From: Flavobacteriales bacterium
Lineage (GTDB): Bacteria > Bacteroidota > Bacteroidia > Flavobacteriales_F > PHOS-HE28
Direction: 5' to 3'
NCBI GenBank assembly: GCA_024103275.1
Contig: JAGFIV010000066.1
Coordinates: 10,531-74,530 of the forward strand
DNA length: 64,000 nucleotides
Shown here: piece by piece, positions 1 to 9,143 of the stretch
Layout of the letters: every line of letters starts with the position of its first letter
Numbering within the stretch: position 1 is the first letter of the stretch
Notes under the pieces: generated by a model
Told to the model about the DNA's origin: nothing
Database searches by the model: none
What the model saw: the letters and a program-made list of their open reading frames with translations, nothing else
Position numbers and translations under genes: made by a program

Positions 1-378
1 TTCCCGTCCCAGGCCGCAAGCCTCCACCATCTCACCGATCCGTGCGTGGATGCGGTCGCTCGCCACGCCCTGCAGCTTCGCACCGAAACGCAACAGGTCC
101 AGCACGGGCATGTCATCGTACAGCGGATTGGATTCGGGCAGGTAGCCGATGTGTTGCCGCAAGGGCCCGCCCCCGGGCTGCACCGCCAGGTCGCCGATCC
201 ACACCTGTCCGCCGTCCGGGGACGTGAGCCCGCAGATCATCCGCATCGTGGTGGTCTTGCCCGCACCGTTGGGGCCCAGGAACCCGAGCACCTCGCCGCT
301 GTGAACGGTGAACGACACGTCGTCCACGACCGTTTGCCGACCGTACCGCTTGGTCAGGTGCCTGGTGCGGATGTCCAT
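1..378 (-). CDS. ABC transporter ATP-binding protein (partial; C-terminal end lies beyond the left window edge)
   Basis: Reverse-complement translation from 378 reads MDIRTRHLTKRYGRQTVVDDVSFTVHSGEVLGFLGPNGAGKTTTMRMICGL with a Walker A motif (GPNGAGKTT). The frame runs off the window edge, so it is absent from the ORF track. Confidence 0.8.
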   Translation of the reverse strand, partial: MDIRTRHLTKRYGRQTVVDDVSFTVHSGEVLGFLGPNGAGKTTTMRMICGLTSPDGGQVWIGDLAVQPGGGPLRQHIGYLPESNPLYDDMPVLDLLRFGAKLQGVASDRIHARIGEMVEACGLGRE

Positions 379-419
379 CTGCCAACAGGTGAGCGGCCCG
401 CTTCAGGCCGACGGACCGT

Positions 420-1055
420 TCAGGCGTCCGGTACCTGGTTCCCGGCCTCCACGTGGGAGGCCCCTTCCCGGATCATCTCAAGGGCCTTGGCGATGCGCCG
501 CTTGCGCGTTTCCTCCCGCCGTCCGTCGGCGATCCATTCCCAGTATTCCTTCCGGTGGGAGGGACTGAAGCTTTCCCAGTTCGCCCACGCCGTGGGGTCC
601 TTTTTCAACACCGCTTCCAGTTCCTCCATCAGGGCATCCTTGCCGTGGTGCCCGGCCAGCTTCAGGTTCAAAGCGGCGGCCTTGTTCACCAGCGAGGTGA
701 ACCCCGCTTCGGGCAAGGGATCGCCCTCATGGAATCTCACCGTGCGCCCCGGCTTGTCTTCCGCACAGGGCTCGTAGGCCAGCCGTGACGACTTGAACTG
801 CGCACCCTTGGGGAAATGCACGCACACCGCGTTCTTGGATGCCGTGATGCTCAGCAGGGGCAGCGAGGCCACGTCGAAATGGGGGACCTGGCTCCGCCAG
901 GCCTCTTCCACATCATGGCCGGTGGAGTGGATCAATTGGCGCAGGCGCACCATCAGTTTGCGTTGCCATTCCGCATGGTTGGCGATGTACAGGTTGATCT
1001 GTTCCGGGGAAAGCATGGCGGGATCTGGGTTATCTGGTCCGGGCGGCGCGCTCAC
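420..1055 (-). CDS. YdeI/OmpD-associated (DUF1801-like) family protein
   Basis: 211-aa ORF with an N-terminal YdhG/DUF1801-like region and a basic KRR-rich C-terminus typical of YdeI-family proteins. Its start overlaps the stop of the upstream gene by 4 nt (1052-1055). Confidence 0.45.
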   Translation of the reverse strand: MSAPPGPDNPDPAMLSPEQINLYIANHAEWQRKLMVRLRQLIHSTGHDVEEAWRSQVPHFDVASLPLLSITASKNAVCVHFPKGAQFKSSRLAYEPCAEDKPGRTVRFHEGDPLPEAGFTSLVNKAAALNLKLAGHHGKDALMEELEAVLKKDPTAWANWESFSPSHRKEYWEWIADGRREETRKRRIAKALEMIREGASHVEAGNQVPDA

Positions 1056-2668
1056 CGGCCGCTGCCCTCGGTCATGTCGATGAGTACCGGAAAGGTACGG
1101 TCTTTTTTGAAGTCAGGCGCCCCTTCAAGACCGATCAGGCCGTTGCCCATGAGCCACAAGGCGTCGGCATCGAAATAGCCCCGGGTGAGGCCCTCGGAGA
1201 GCACCGCTTTTTCCTTGTAGCTGCCGTCGTTCTTGAATTCCAGCATCAGGGCATCCTTCGGCTTGTCCACGGGATCCACCGGCTGCTTTTTCTTGCGGAG
1301 CTCGATGTTCCGCGCATCGTCGTTATAAAACAGGAAGAGCACGTCGGCAAAGGACACGGAGAAGGCCTTGCCCGGCCCATCGTTGGTGTAGCTCATCTCC
1401 CGCGGCACCTCGGTGTACCATTTCACCTGGCCGCTGCCGTCCAGGGCCAGGGCATGGAAGGCCCCGTTCACCCATTCGGTCTTGGCCACCTTTTGGCCGC
1501 TGAGGTTGCTCACCATGTGGGTCTCCACGCCCGAACGCTCGCATACCACGTACAGGCCTCCGTCGGTCTTTGGCCAGATCCGCTCCACGCGCATGTTGTT
1601 CTGCAGCCGTTCCACCTTGTCCACCGTGCGCTTGTTGAAGGGCGTGCGGGCGGCGGAGGTCCATTTGTCCTCGGCCGCGTTCAACACGGTGTAAAAGACG
1701 CCCACGGACTCATCGCGGTTGGCATCGGGGTTGGAATAGATGCCCGCGCAGGCCAACGCGCCGTTCGGCATGAAGGCCATCGCGGCATCCTGCACGAAAT
1801 CCTTTTTGCCCAGGTCGAGCGGGAATCCTTTCTGGCCGGTGCTGTCCATCCGGTACACGCTGTAGCTGTACCCCACCACGTCCTTGGTCTTGGGGTCGGC
1901 GTCCGTGACGTTGCGGACCAGGTACCACGCCACTCCCTGCCCATCCACCATAGTGTTCACCACATCGGTGCGCACGTTGCCCGCCTCGGGGTGCAGGCGG
2001 TTCGTCCAAAGCGGGTTCATCTGTTTGTCCACCATCACGCCCAGGATCGGGCTGCCTGCGCTGTGCGTGGTGGTGGCCGGGGTGAGGCTGATCAGCATGT
2101 GCTGCCCATCCTGGGCAAGGACGGTGGTGAAGCCCACGGTCATGCCCTCCTTGAAGTATTCAGGCGCCTTGCCCAGCAGGTCGTACGGGATGCTGGTGAT
2201 CAAGGCGGCCGCCCGCCCGGTGAGGCTGCGCGGGCTCAATTCCTGTTGCAGCAGCAGCAAGCGGCTCTTCTCGCGATCGGGTTTGCTCAGGATCACCCGG
2301 AATTGCTTGTTGAAGGTCTCGATGGTCTCCAGCGCCACGGCCCCGATGCCCCACACGAAGCGCGGCCGGTCGTGCTTGATCTCGTTCATCTTGTCCGAGG
2401 CGATCACGTACAGGTTCCAGCCGAGCTCCTGTTCCGTAAGGCCGCCCAAGGCCATCCGGCCGCCGCGCGTTTTCAGCGCCACGATGCTGCCGGGGTCGCC
2501 ATAAGCCATCTTGCTCAATCCCAGTTCACGGTCGGGCGGGGCGGCCAGGTCGGCCTTCACCTTCACGCGCACCTTGGTCTCCTGGGCCATGGCGGCACCA
2601 AGGCCGATGGTGAGCAGCAGGGCGATGGAGGCCGCCCGGAGGAACGGATTGGTCATACGATTGGACAT
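1052..2668 (-). CDS. hypothetical secreted protein (signal peptide, 538 aa)
   Basis: Long ORF with an N-terminal hydrophobic signal sequence (LLLTIGLGAAMAQE). It sits between the thiolase and the YdeI-like gene on the same strand. I recognise no family. Confidence 0.5.
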   Translation of the reverse strand: MSNRMTNPFLRAASIALLLTIGLGAAMAQETKVRVKVKADLAAPPDRELGLSKMAYGDPGSIVALKTRGGRMALGGLTEQELGWNLYVIASDKMNEIKHDRPRFVWGIGAVALETIETFNKQFRVILSKPDREKSRLLLLQQELSPRSLTGRAAALITSIPYDLLGKAPEYFKEGMTVGFTTVLAQDGQHMLISLTPATTTHSAGSPILGVMVDKQMNPLWTNRLHPEAGNVRTDVVNTMVDGQGVAWYLVRNVTDADPKTKDVVGYSYSVYRMDSTGQKGFPLDLGKKDFVQDAAMAFMPNGALACAGIYSNPDANRDESVGVFYTVLNAAEDKWTSAARTPFNKRTVDKVERLQNNMRVERIWPKTDGGLYVVCERSGVETHMVSNLSGQKVAKTEWVNGAFHALALDGSGQVKWYTEVPREMSYTNDGPGKAFSVSFADVLFLFYNDDARNIELRKKKQPVDPVDKPKDALMLEFKNDGSYKEKAVLSEGLTRGYFDADALWLMGNGLIGLEGAPDFKKDRTFPVLIDMTEGSGR

Positions 2669-2701
2669 GGTTTGATCGGTGAATATAACGGGGCCTGTTT
2701 T

Positions 2702-3907
2702 TCAGGCCCGTTCCAGGATGGTGGCGTAGCCTTGGCCCACGCCGATGCACATGGTGCAAAGGGCATACCGTTTCCGGGTGCGGTGCAGCTCCAGGGCGGC
2801 GGTCAGCAGCAGGCGTGCGCCGGTCATGCCCAAGGGATGCCCCAGTGCCACCGCGCCGCCGTTGGGGTTCAGCCGCGGGTCGTCGTCGGCGATGCCCCAG
2901 GTGCGCGTGCAGGCCAGGGCCTGGGCGGCAAAGGCCTCGTTCAGCTCGATGAGGTCCATCTGGTCCAGGGTGAGGCCCGCCCGCTTCAGCGCCTTTTCCG
3001 TGGCATGCACCGGCCCGATGCCCATGATGCGCGGCTCCACGCCGGCCACACCGCTGGTGACGATACGGGCCAAGGGGGAGAGGCCGTGCGTCTTCACCGC
3101 CCCGCCACTGGCGATCAGCAAGGCCGCGGCACCGTCGTTCAGGCCGCTGCTGTTGCCGGCCGTCACGCTGCCGCCCTTGCGGAAAGCGGGCTTCAGCGAG
3201 GCCAGCACCTCCGCCGTGGTGCCGGGTTTCACGAATTCATCCACCGCGAAAGGCACGGGTTCCTTCTTGTGCTGCGGGATGTTGATCGGGGCGATCTCCA
3301 GGGCAAGCCGTCCGCTGCGCTGCGCGGCGGCGGCCTTTTGCTGGCTCCACAGGGCGAACCGGTCCTGGTCCTCGCGGGTGATCGAACGGGTCTCCAGCAG
3401 GTTCTCCGCCGTCTGCCCCATGCCGTCGGTGCCATACCTCTCCTCCATGCGCGGGTTGACGAAGCGCCACCCGAAGCTGCTGTCGTACATCTTGGCATCT
3501 CGCCCGTAAGGCGTGGCCGTCTTACTGATCACCCAGGGGCTGCGCGTCATGTGCTCCACGCCCCCGGCGATGAACACGTCGCCATGCCCGGCCGCAATGG
3601 CCCGGGCGGCCTGCACCCCCGCGCTCATGCCCGATGCGCACAGCCGGTTCACCGTTTCGCCGGGCACCGTCACCGGCAGGCCCGCCAGCAGCAGCGCCAT
3701 GCGGGCCACGTTCCGGTTGTCCTCGCCCGCCTGGCCGGCACAGCCCATGATCACGTCATCGATCGCCGCCGGGTCCAGGTCGGGGTGGCGCGCCGCCAGG
3801 GTGCCGATCACGTGGGCCGCCAGGTCGTCCGCCCGCACGGGCGACAGGGCCCCGCCGATCTTGCCGATGGCGCTGCGCACACCGTCGATGATGAATGCGT
3901 CCTTCAT
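2702..3907 (-). CDS. acetyl-CoA C-acyltransferase / 3-ketoacyl-CoA thiolase (PaaJ/FadA-like)
   Basis: Start taken at MKDAFIIDGVRSAIGK (residue 29 of the track ORF). Thiolase hallmarks are present: the LCASGMSA active-site Cys region and the C-terminal CIGVGQG motif. Confidence 0.85.
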   Translation of the reverse strand: MKDAFIIDGVRSAIGKIGGALSPVRADDLAAHVIGTLAARHPDLDPAAIDDVIMGCAGQAGEDNRNVARMALLLAGLPVTVPGETVNRLCASGMSAGVQAARAIAAGHGDVFIAGGVEHMTRSPWVISKTATPYGRDAKMYDSSFGWRFVNPRMEERYGTDGMGQTAENLLETRSITREDQDRFALWSQQKAAAAQRSGRLALEIAPINIPQHKKEPVPFAVDEFVKPGTTAEVLASLKPAFRKGGSVTAGNSSGLNDGAAALLIASGGAVKTHGLSPLARIVTSGVAGVEPRIMGIGPVHATEKALKRAGLTLDQMDLIELNEAFAAQALACTRTWGIADDDPRLNPNGGAVALGHPLGMTGARLLLTAALELHRTRKRYALCTMCIGVGQGYATILERA

Positions 3908-4123
3908 GGGGCCAAAGGTGGTGAAGGAGATTGAAGTTCGTAGGGCGCAGTTTGTAAGAGCCTGTTCAGGATTTCTTGAGCGATGGCCCACGAGTCAATT
4001 TTCCGTTCCGGCGAAGCCTGGGCGAAAAAGAAGGGGGCCGCGTTTGAAGGATTCCAAACAGGCTCTGGGGTGTCCACGAATTTGAATCCAGGGGTTGGCC
4101 GCCCGCACCGCTACATTCGCTGC

Positions 4124-4555
4124 ATGCAAGATCCCAACGAGCTGGCGCGGCGGGTGGTGGAGCGCATGATGCAGGGGGATGCCTTCAGCCAATGGCTGGG
4201 CATCGAGGTGCTGATGGTGGTACCGGGGTGCTGCGAACTGCGGATGGCCGTCCGCGGCGAGATGGACAACGGCTTCCACATCACCCATGGCGGCATTGCC
4301 TATTCCCTGGCGGACAGCGCGCTGGCCTTCGCCTCCAACGCGCACGGGATCCATGCCGTCAGCATCGATACCTCCATCTCGCACGTGAAACCGGTGAAGG
4401 CCGGCGATGTGCTCACGGCCCGCGCGGAGGAGTCCAGCCGCAGCAACCGCATCGGCATCTACCATGTCCGGGTGGCCAACCAGGAAGGCACGGTGGTGGC
4501 GCTCTTCAAGGGAACCGTGTACAGGACGGGGAAGGAGTGGTTCGGGGAAGGTTGA
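4124..4555 (+). CDS. paaI: hotdog-fold acyl-CoA thioesterase, PaaI/hydroxyphenylacetyl-CoA thioesterase family
   Basis: Start taken at MQDPNELARRVVERMMQGDAF. The sequence has the HGG motif (NGFHITHGGIAYSLADSA) characteristic of PaaI/4HBT class II thioesterases. It lies divergent from, and adjacent to, the thiolase. Confidence 0.7.
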   Translation: MQDPNELARRVVERMMQGDAFSQWLGIEVLMVVPGCCELRMAVRGEMDNGFHITHGGIAYSLADSALAFASNAHGIHAVSIDTSISHVKPVKAGDVLTARAEESSRSNRIGIYHVRVANQEGTVVALFKGTVYRTGKEWFGEG

Positions 4556-4660
4556 AAGCTGGCCCGTCTTCGCCGGAATCTCGGCGGCACAAGACAGGAC
4601 GAAGCCGTTTGTCGCGGATAAAGGTGAACCGCAGCGGCATGCGCGCACCCGACACCTGAC

Positions 4661-4751
4661 AACCACGAACTAAGAACCACGAACCACGAACTATGAACTA
4701 AGAACTATGAACTATGAACCATGAACCATGAACCATGAACCATGAACCATT
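4661..4751. repeat. heptanucleotide tandem repeat (AACYAYG)x13
   Basis: Direct reading gives aaccacg aactaag aaccacg aaccacg aactatg aactaag aactatg aactatg aaccatg x5. It lies between the convergent 3' ends of paaI and ogt. Confidence 0.8.
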
Positions 4752-4808
4752 CCAGCCCTACGCCACACTGACCTCGCGCACGGGCAACCCGTTCCTGACG
4801 GCCGCCTG

Positions 4809-5306
4809 TTAATCCCTCAGCACGCCTTCGTGCTCCAACAGCCATTTCTTGCGCCAGAGCCCGCCGGCGTAGCCGGACAGCAGGCCGTCGGAAGCGATCA
4901 CCCGGTGGCAAGGCACCAGGATCAGCAGCGGATTGATGGCACAGGCTGCCCCGGCGGTGTGGGCCGCGCCACCGGCATCGGCCGCCAGTTCCTCGTAGGT
5001 GATGGCCTTGCCGTAAGGGACTTTCCCCAGCCGTGCCCAGATCGATTTGCGATAGGGAGAGCCGACGAGGTAAAGGGGCAGGTCGAACTTTTTCCGGCGT
5101 CCGGCGAAGTAGGCCTTGAGCTGCGCCACGGCCTCCTTCAGTGCCTTGGGCGGCCTGGTGTTGCGGCCACGGCCCGGATTGTCGAAAGTGACCCGGGTGA
5201 TGCGCTCCCCGTCGCTTTCCACCCACAGCTTGCCCACCGGCGTGTCCAACGCTGCGAGGTATTGCGGCTTGAACAGTTCCGGTTGGATTGTCGGCCTCGA
5301 TGCCAT
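4809..5306 (-). CDS. ogt: methylated-DNA--protein-cysteine methyltransferase
   Basis: The PCHRVI active-site motif and the C-terminal helix-turn-helix region (GKVPYGKAITYEELA) are present. Start chosen at MASRPTIQPELF, giving 166 aa. Confidence 0.85.
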   Translation of the reverse strand: MASRPTIQPELFKPQYLAALDTPVGKLWVESDGERITRVTFDNPGRGRNTRPPKALKEAVAQLKAYFAGRRKKFDLPLYLVGSPYRKSIWARLGKVPYGKAITYEELAADAGGAAHTAGAACAINPLLILVPCHRVIASDGLLSGYAGGLWRKKWLLEHEGVLRD

Positions 5307-5530
5307 GGGAACACAGCTCCCGCAAATGTAGCGCGGGCTGTGCCTACCGCCCCGGCTTGCGCCTGGAGAAGCACAAGGCCGGTGCCGTACGCTCGTCTGG
5401 ACGAATGATAGCTGGGCGCGCCATCCGTTCGCGGCTCTTCGAAGCACCTCATTGGGTTTCCTGCCCGAAACGGTCATCCGATCCGCTGCCTTCGGCAGAT
5501 TCCTGTCCCCCGAGGCAAGCCTGGGTGGGA

Positions 5531-6493
5531 TCAAGGTTCCTGGGCATCCAGTTCCTGCACCAATTGCAGCAGGTCCTGCTTCACCAGTTTGATGGTGCTT
5601 TCGAGCTGGTCATACATGCCCGCCCGCTTGTGAAGCTGATCGGTGGTGTATGTGCCCCCGTCACCAAGGAACAAGGCCGTCTCCCCGTTCGTGCCGGCCT
5701 CCCCTTCATGCCAGCGGTCCAGCAGCTCTTGGCGATAGGTCTTGGCCGGGGCCTGCCCCGGCACGGGTTCGGTCAGGCAGTACCATACCGATGCCGGGAA
5801 GATGCCTTCTTGATCCTGCCCATCGTGGATGGCCCGCAAGGCATTGCGCGGATGCCGGATGTCGGCCTTCTTGCCCGTGAGCAGCATGGCCACGCCCAGG
5901 CTGGCCTCGGCCACGCCGAAGGCTATGCCCATCCAGTCCACTTGGCGGTTGCGGTCCTCCTCGGCCAGGTGGATCCCCGAGAACAGGGCGCCCCCCGCAC
6001 CCACGGCGATGGCCGCCACGTTGAGCCGGTCGGAATTGCGCTGCTCCAGCCCGTTGAGGTATTCGGCCAGCTGGCTGATCTTCTCTTCCTCGCAGTCGAA
6101 CTCCGAGGCCACCGCGCTTATCTCCAGCGAGGCCAGGTCGCAGTGGTAGGCGATGGTACGGCGAAGTTCCAGCAGTTCCACCCGCTCTTCCAGGCTGCGG
6201 CGACCGGGCGGCACCGCCAGATGGGCCATGTACTCGTCCAAAAGGGGCAACACATGGATGGCGTGGGCCATGTGCAGGCTGTTGGGGCTGAAATGCGATG
6301 AGACCCGGGATGGGACCAAGGCCGGGTCGTACGGCCCGGGAGGGTTGCCCACCGGGCCGGTGCTGGGTTGCCATTGGTTGCATGTACTCCGTTCCAGCTG
6401 CGACTGGAAACGGGCCAAGCCCCGGTTGGCACAACCGGTGAGCAGGATGACGGCCGCGATCAACACGGGAACCGGAAGGCATCGGGGAAGCAT
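5531..6493 (-). CDS. hypothetical lipoprotein
   Basis: Start chosen at MLPRCLPVPVLIAAVILLTGC, which gives a signal peptide with a lipobox Cys. I recognise no family. Confidence 0.45.
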   Translation of the reverse strand: MLPRCLPVPVLIAAVILLTGCANRGLARFQSQLERSTCNQWQPSTGPVGNPPGPYDPALVPSRVSSHFSPNSLHMAHAIHVLPLLDEYMAHLAVPPGRRSLEERVELLELRRTIAYHCDLASLEISAVASEFDCEEEKISQLAEYLNGLEQRNSDRLNVAAIAVGAGGALFSGIHLAEEDRNRQVDWMGIAFGVAEASLGVAMLLTGKKADIRHPRNALRAIHDGQDQEGIFPASVWYCLTEPVPGQAPAKTYRQELLDRWHEGEAGTNGETALFLGDGGTYTTDQLHKRAGMYDQLESTIKLVKQDLLQLVQELDAQEP

Positions 6494-6615
6494 GGTCCAA
6501 AAATGCACATGCCGGGGAAATTGGGGCCGGTCGGGGGCATGGCGGCCCCGACCTCCATCATGGCCGGTGCCCACCACATTCCATAAGTTTCGCGCCGCAT
6601 TCTTCACCCCGAACC

Positions 6616-7218
6616 ATGGCAACCGGCCAGACCCCGCGATCATCCGGCAAATTCACGGCCCTCCACCGGCTGCTGCACTGGCTGATGGCCATCGCCATGT
6701 CCGTGCTGTTCATCACCGGATTCCTCCGCATGTACTGGATGAACAAGCACCACATCACGGCCATCCTCGGGGAAAAAGCCGGCGGCGCGATCGGCATGGA
6801 GGTGATGGCCGATATCGCGGAGGCCATCCGTGCACCTATGTGGGATTGGCACGTGGTGTTCGCCCATGTGATGATCTTCGCCTTCCTGGCCCGCATCATT
6901 TACATGCTCGCCAAGGGTATCCGCTTCCCGGATCCCTTTCGCACGGGCCGGTCGCTTAAAGAGCGGTTCCAAGGGTTGACCTATGTGTATTTCTATGCCT
7001 TCGTGCTGGTGTCTGCAGCCACCGGCATCTGTTTGCGGCTGGGCTTCCTTCCCGAATGGAAGAAGGGCATCGAGGCGGTGCATAAGTGGGGCATCTGGTG
7101 GTTCCCGCTGTTCATCGCCATGCATGCCGCCGGGGTGTTCGTGGCGGAGCACACCGTCCAGCGCGGCATCACCTCGCGCATGATAGGCGGCGACCCGCCC
7201 GCTGGCGGTGGGGTATGA
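6616..7218 (+). CDS. cytochrome b561 / Ni-Fe hydrogenase b-type cytochrome family membrane protein
   Basis: 200 aa with four predicted TM helices carrying conserved His pairs (LHRLLHWLMAI, HVVFAHVMIF, FIAMHAAGVFVAEH), as in the PF01292 di-haem cytochrome b family. Confidence 0.6.
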   Translation: MATGQTPRSSGKFTALHRLLHWLMAIAMSVLFITGFLRMYWMNKHHITAILGEKAGGAIGMEVMADIAEAIRAPMWDWHVVFAHVMIFAFLARIIYMLAKGIRFPDPFRTGRSLKERFQGLTYVYFYAFVLVSAATGICLRLGFLPEWKKGIEAVHKWGIWWFPLFIAMHAAGVFVAEHTVQRGITSRMIGGDPPAGGGV

Positions 7219-7634
7219 TGGGCCGCTCCCCCTGGAACGGGGCATCCTGGCCGCCGCTCCGACGGCGCGTTCCCATTTTTCTGCCGCTCAGCTTGGCCGG
7301 GACAAGGTATCGGGCCGCCTGAAGCCCACGTGATGCCGCACGGCATGGCGGACCCCTGTCCAGGTATCATGGGCCACGATGCCCGCCGAGCCGGTCTCGG
7401 CCATGTGCGGTTACGGCCACGTCGGACGCATGGCATCGATGACCGGGGCAATTGCTTCCGACCGATGTCCACAATGGTTGCGCGGGCATTCACCTCCGGG
7501 CTTGGGCGTTATGCGGTGGCACCGATCCGGAGTGCCGAAGGCATGGTACGGCGTATCCGTCGTCCGATCGTTCTTGAAAACGGTGTTGCCTGGGCGGATT
7601 GTCCACGCTCCCAAAGGGAAGATGCACCCGTGGC

Positions 7635-7982
7635 TTACAGGTGCATGAACTCCTTCTTGGCCAGGAGCTCCTCCTTGGTCTCGCGGTGGTCCGGGTCGTC
7701 CACGCAGCAATCCACCGGGCATACGGCCGCGCACTGCGGCTCATCGTGGAAGCCGGTGCATTCGGTGCACTTGTCAGGCACGATGTAATAAATGTCCATC
7801 GCGATGGGGGCCTGTGCCAAGTCCGCATCATAGGTGTGCCCGTTGGGCAAGGTTTGCATGCCGTGCAGGCTCGTGCCGTCGCTCAGGCGCCACTCGGCAC
7901 CGCCCTCATAGATGGCGTTGTTGGGGCATTCAGGTTCACAGGCCCCGCAATTGATACACTCGTCGGTGATGATGATAGCCAT
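7635..7982 (-). CDS. 4Fe-4S ferredoxin
   Basis: 115-aa product MAIIITDECINCGACEPECPNNAI...CTECTGFHDEPQCAAVCPVDCC with two CxxCxxCxxxCP cluster motifs. It is the only plausible segment of the 499-aa antisense ORF 7635..9134. Confidence 0.8.
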   Translation of the reverse strand: MAIIITDECINCGACEPECPNNAIYEGGAEWRLSDGTSLHGMQTLPNGHTYDADLAQAPIAMDIYYIVPDKCTECTGFHDEPQCAAVCPVDCCVDDPDHRETKEELLAKKEFMHL

Positions 7983-8060
7983 GGTATACCGGTAACTTTG
8001 TGCCCGCGCCCACGGGCCTCGAATTTGTCCGCAAAGGTAGCTTGCCCCCTTGACGCTTCC

Positions 8061-9143
8061 ATGTCCCTCGCCGCAACATCTTCCCCGGCACGCCTTGCCG
8101 ACCCCTTCGTTCAATTGGGACGGGCCCTGTCGGCCTTTGGCTCGGGCTCTCCTTGGCCGGGCCACAGCATCGGGCTCACCCAGGATGAATATGCGGCGTT
8201 CGATGGGGCGGTCGCCCAGGCGCAACAGCAGAATGGCTGGTTTACGGCGGAAGAGGTGAGGCACGCCGCCCAGGGATTGTCCACCATGCTGGAGCGGGGA
8301 AGTCTTGCACAATGGCTGTCCCGGTATCCGGCCTTGGCCACCTGGCGGCCATCGGTGACGGTGGGCATCATCATGGCGGGCAATGTGCCCTTTGTGGGGT
8401 TCCACGATCTGCTGTGCGTGCTGGTCGCGGGCCACCGGGCCCGTGTGAAAGCATCTTCCGAAGATGCCGGACTGACCCCGGCCCTGGTCGCGCTGCTGGC
8501 CCATTTTTCCCCGGAAATGGCCGGGCGTGTGCAGCTGGTGCAAGGCAGGCTGGGGGAGGTGGATGCGGTGATCGCCACAGGGAGCAACAACACAAGCCGC
8601 TACTTCAAGCACTACTTCGGCAAGCTGCCGCACGTGATCCGCACCGGCCGCACCAGCGTGGCCGTGCTCGATGGCGGCGAGAGCGCGGAGGAACTGGCCG
8701 CCTTGGGCGAGGACGTGTTCCGCTACTTCGGGCTGGGCTGCCGCAACGTGGGCAAGGTCTTCATTCCGCAGGATTTCGACCTGGACCGGCTTTTCCGTGC
8801 ATTCTTCCCCTGGAAGGACATCATCCGGCACCATAAATATGCCAACAACTACGACTACAACCGGGCCGTGTGGCTGCTGGACCGGGTCCCGATCACGGAG
8901 AATGGTTTCCTGGTGATGAAGGAGGATAGGGCCCTGAACAGCCCGGTGGCCGCCCTGTACTATGAGCGGTACCACGACCGGACGGAGTTGGCGTCCAGGC
9001 TGGCCGGGGAAAGCGACCGGCTGCAGTGCATTGTCGGGCATGGCCACCTGCCGTTCGGCACGGCGCAGTACCCCGGGCCGGGTGACTATGCCGATGGCGT
9101 GGATACCCTGGATTTCCTCCTGCGCCTGGATCAAGGCACATAG
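8061..9143 (+). CDS. LuxC-family acyl-CoA reductase-like protein
   Basis: Start taken at MSLAATSSPARL. The region GIIMAGNVPFVGFHDLLCVLVAGH...LGCRNVGKVF resembles the LuxC acyl-CoA reductase fold. It lies divergent from the ferredoxin. Confidence 0.6.
   Translation: MSLAATSSPARLADPFVQLGRALSAFGSGSPWPGHSIGLTQDEYAAFDGAVAQAQQQNGWFTAEEVRHAAQGLSTMLERGSLAQWLSRYPALATWRPSVTVGIIMAGNVPFVGFHDLLCVLVAGHRARVKASSEDAGLTPALVALLAHFSPEMAGRVQLVQGRLGEVDAVIATGSNNTSRYFKHYFGKLPHVIRTGRTSVAVLDGGESAEELAALGEDVFRYFGLGCRNVGKVFIPQDFDLDRLFRAFFPWKDIIRHHKYANNYDYNRAVWLLDRVPITENGFLVMKEDRALNSPVAALYYERYHDRTELASRLAGESDRLQCIVGHGHLPFGTAQYPGPGDYADGVDTLDFLLRLDQGT

Noticed and set aside
113-385. 90-aa minus-strand ORF at the left edge
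   Set aside because: It is in the wrong frame. The genuine ABC ATPase frame, with Walker A GPNGAGKTT, runs from 378 off the window edge and so was not in the track.
1454-3934. 826-aa plus-strand ORF antisense to the thiolase and the 538-aa secreted-protein genes
   Set aside because: Its composition is dominated by G, A, R, H and L, with no motifs. It is fully antisense to a strongly conserved thiolase, which makes it a typical shadow ORF of a high-GC genome.
7220-7634. Possible gene in the 415-bp gap between the cytochrome b561 gene and the ferredoxin gene (track ORFs 7330..7788, 7379..7648)
   Set aside because: Candidate ORFs are Arg/Gly/Ala-rich with no motifs and overlap each other in several frames. 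I treat the gap as an intergenic/terminator region.
7635-9134. 499-aa minus-strand ORF covering the LuxC gene
   Set aside because: Only its last 115 codons, the 4Fe-4S ferredoxin, look like protein. The upstream 384 codons are the antisense shadow of the LuxC-like gene, so the real gene is 7635..7982.
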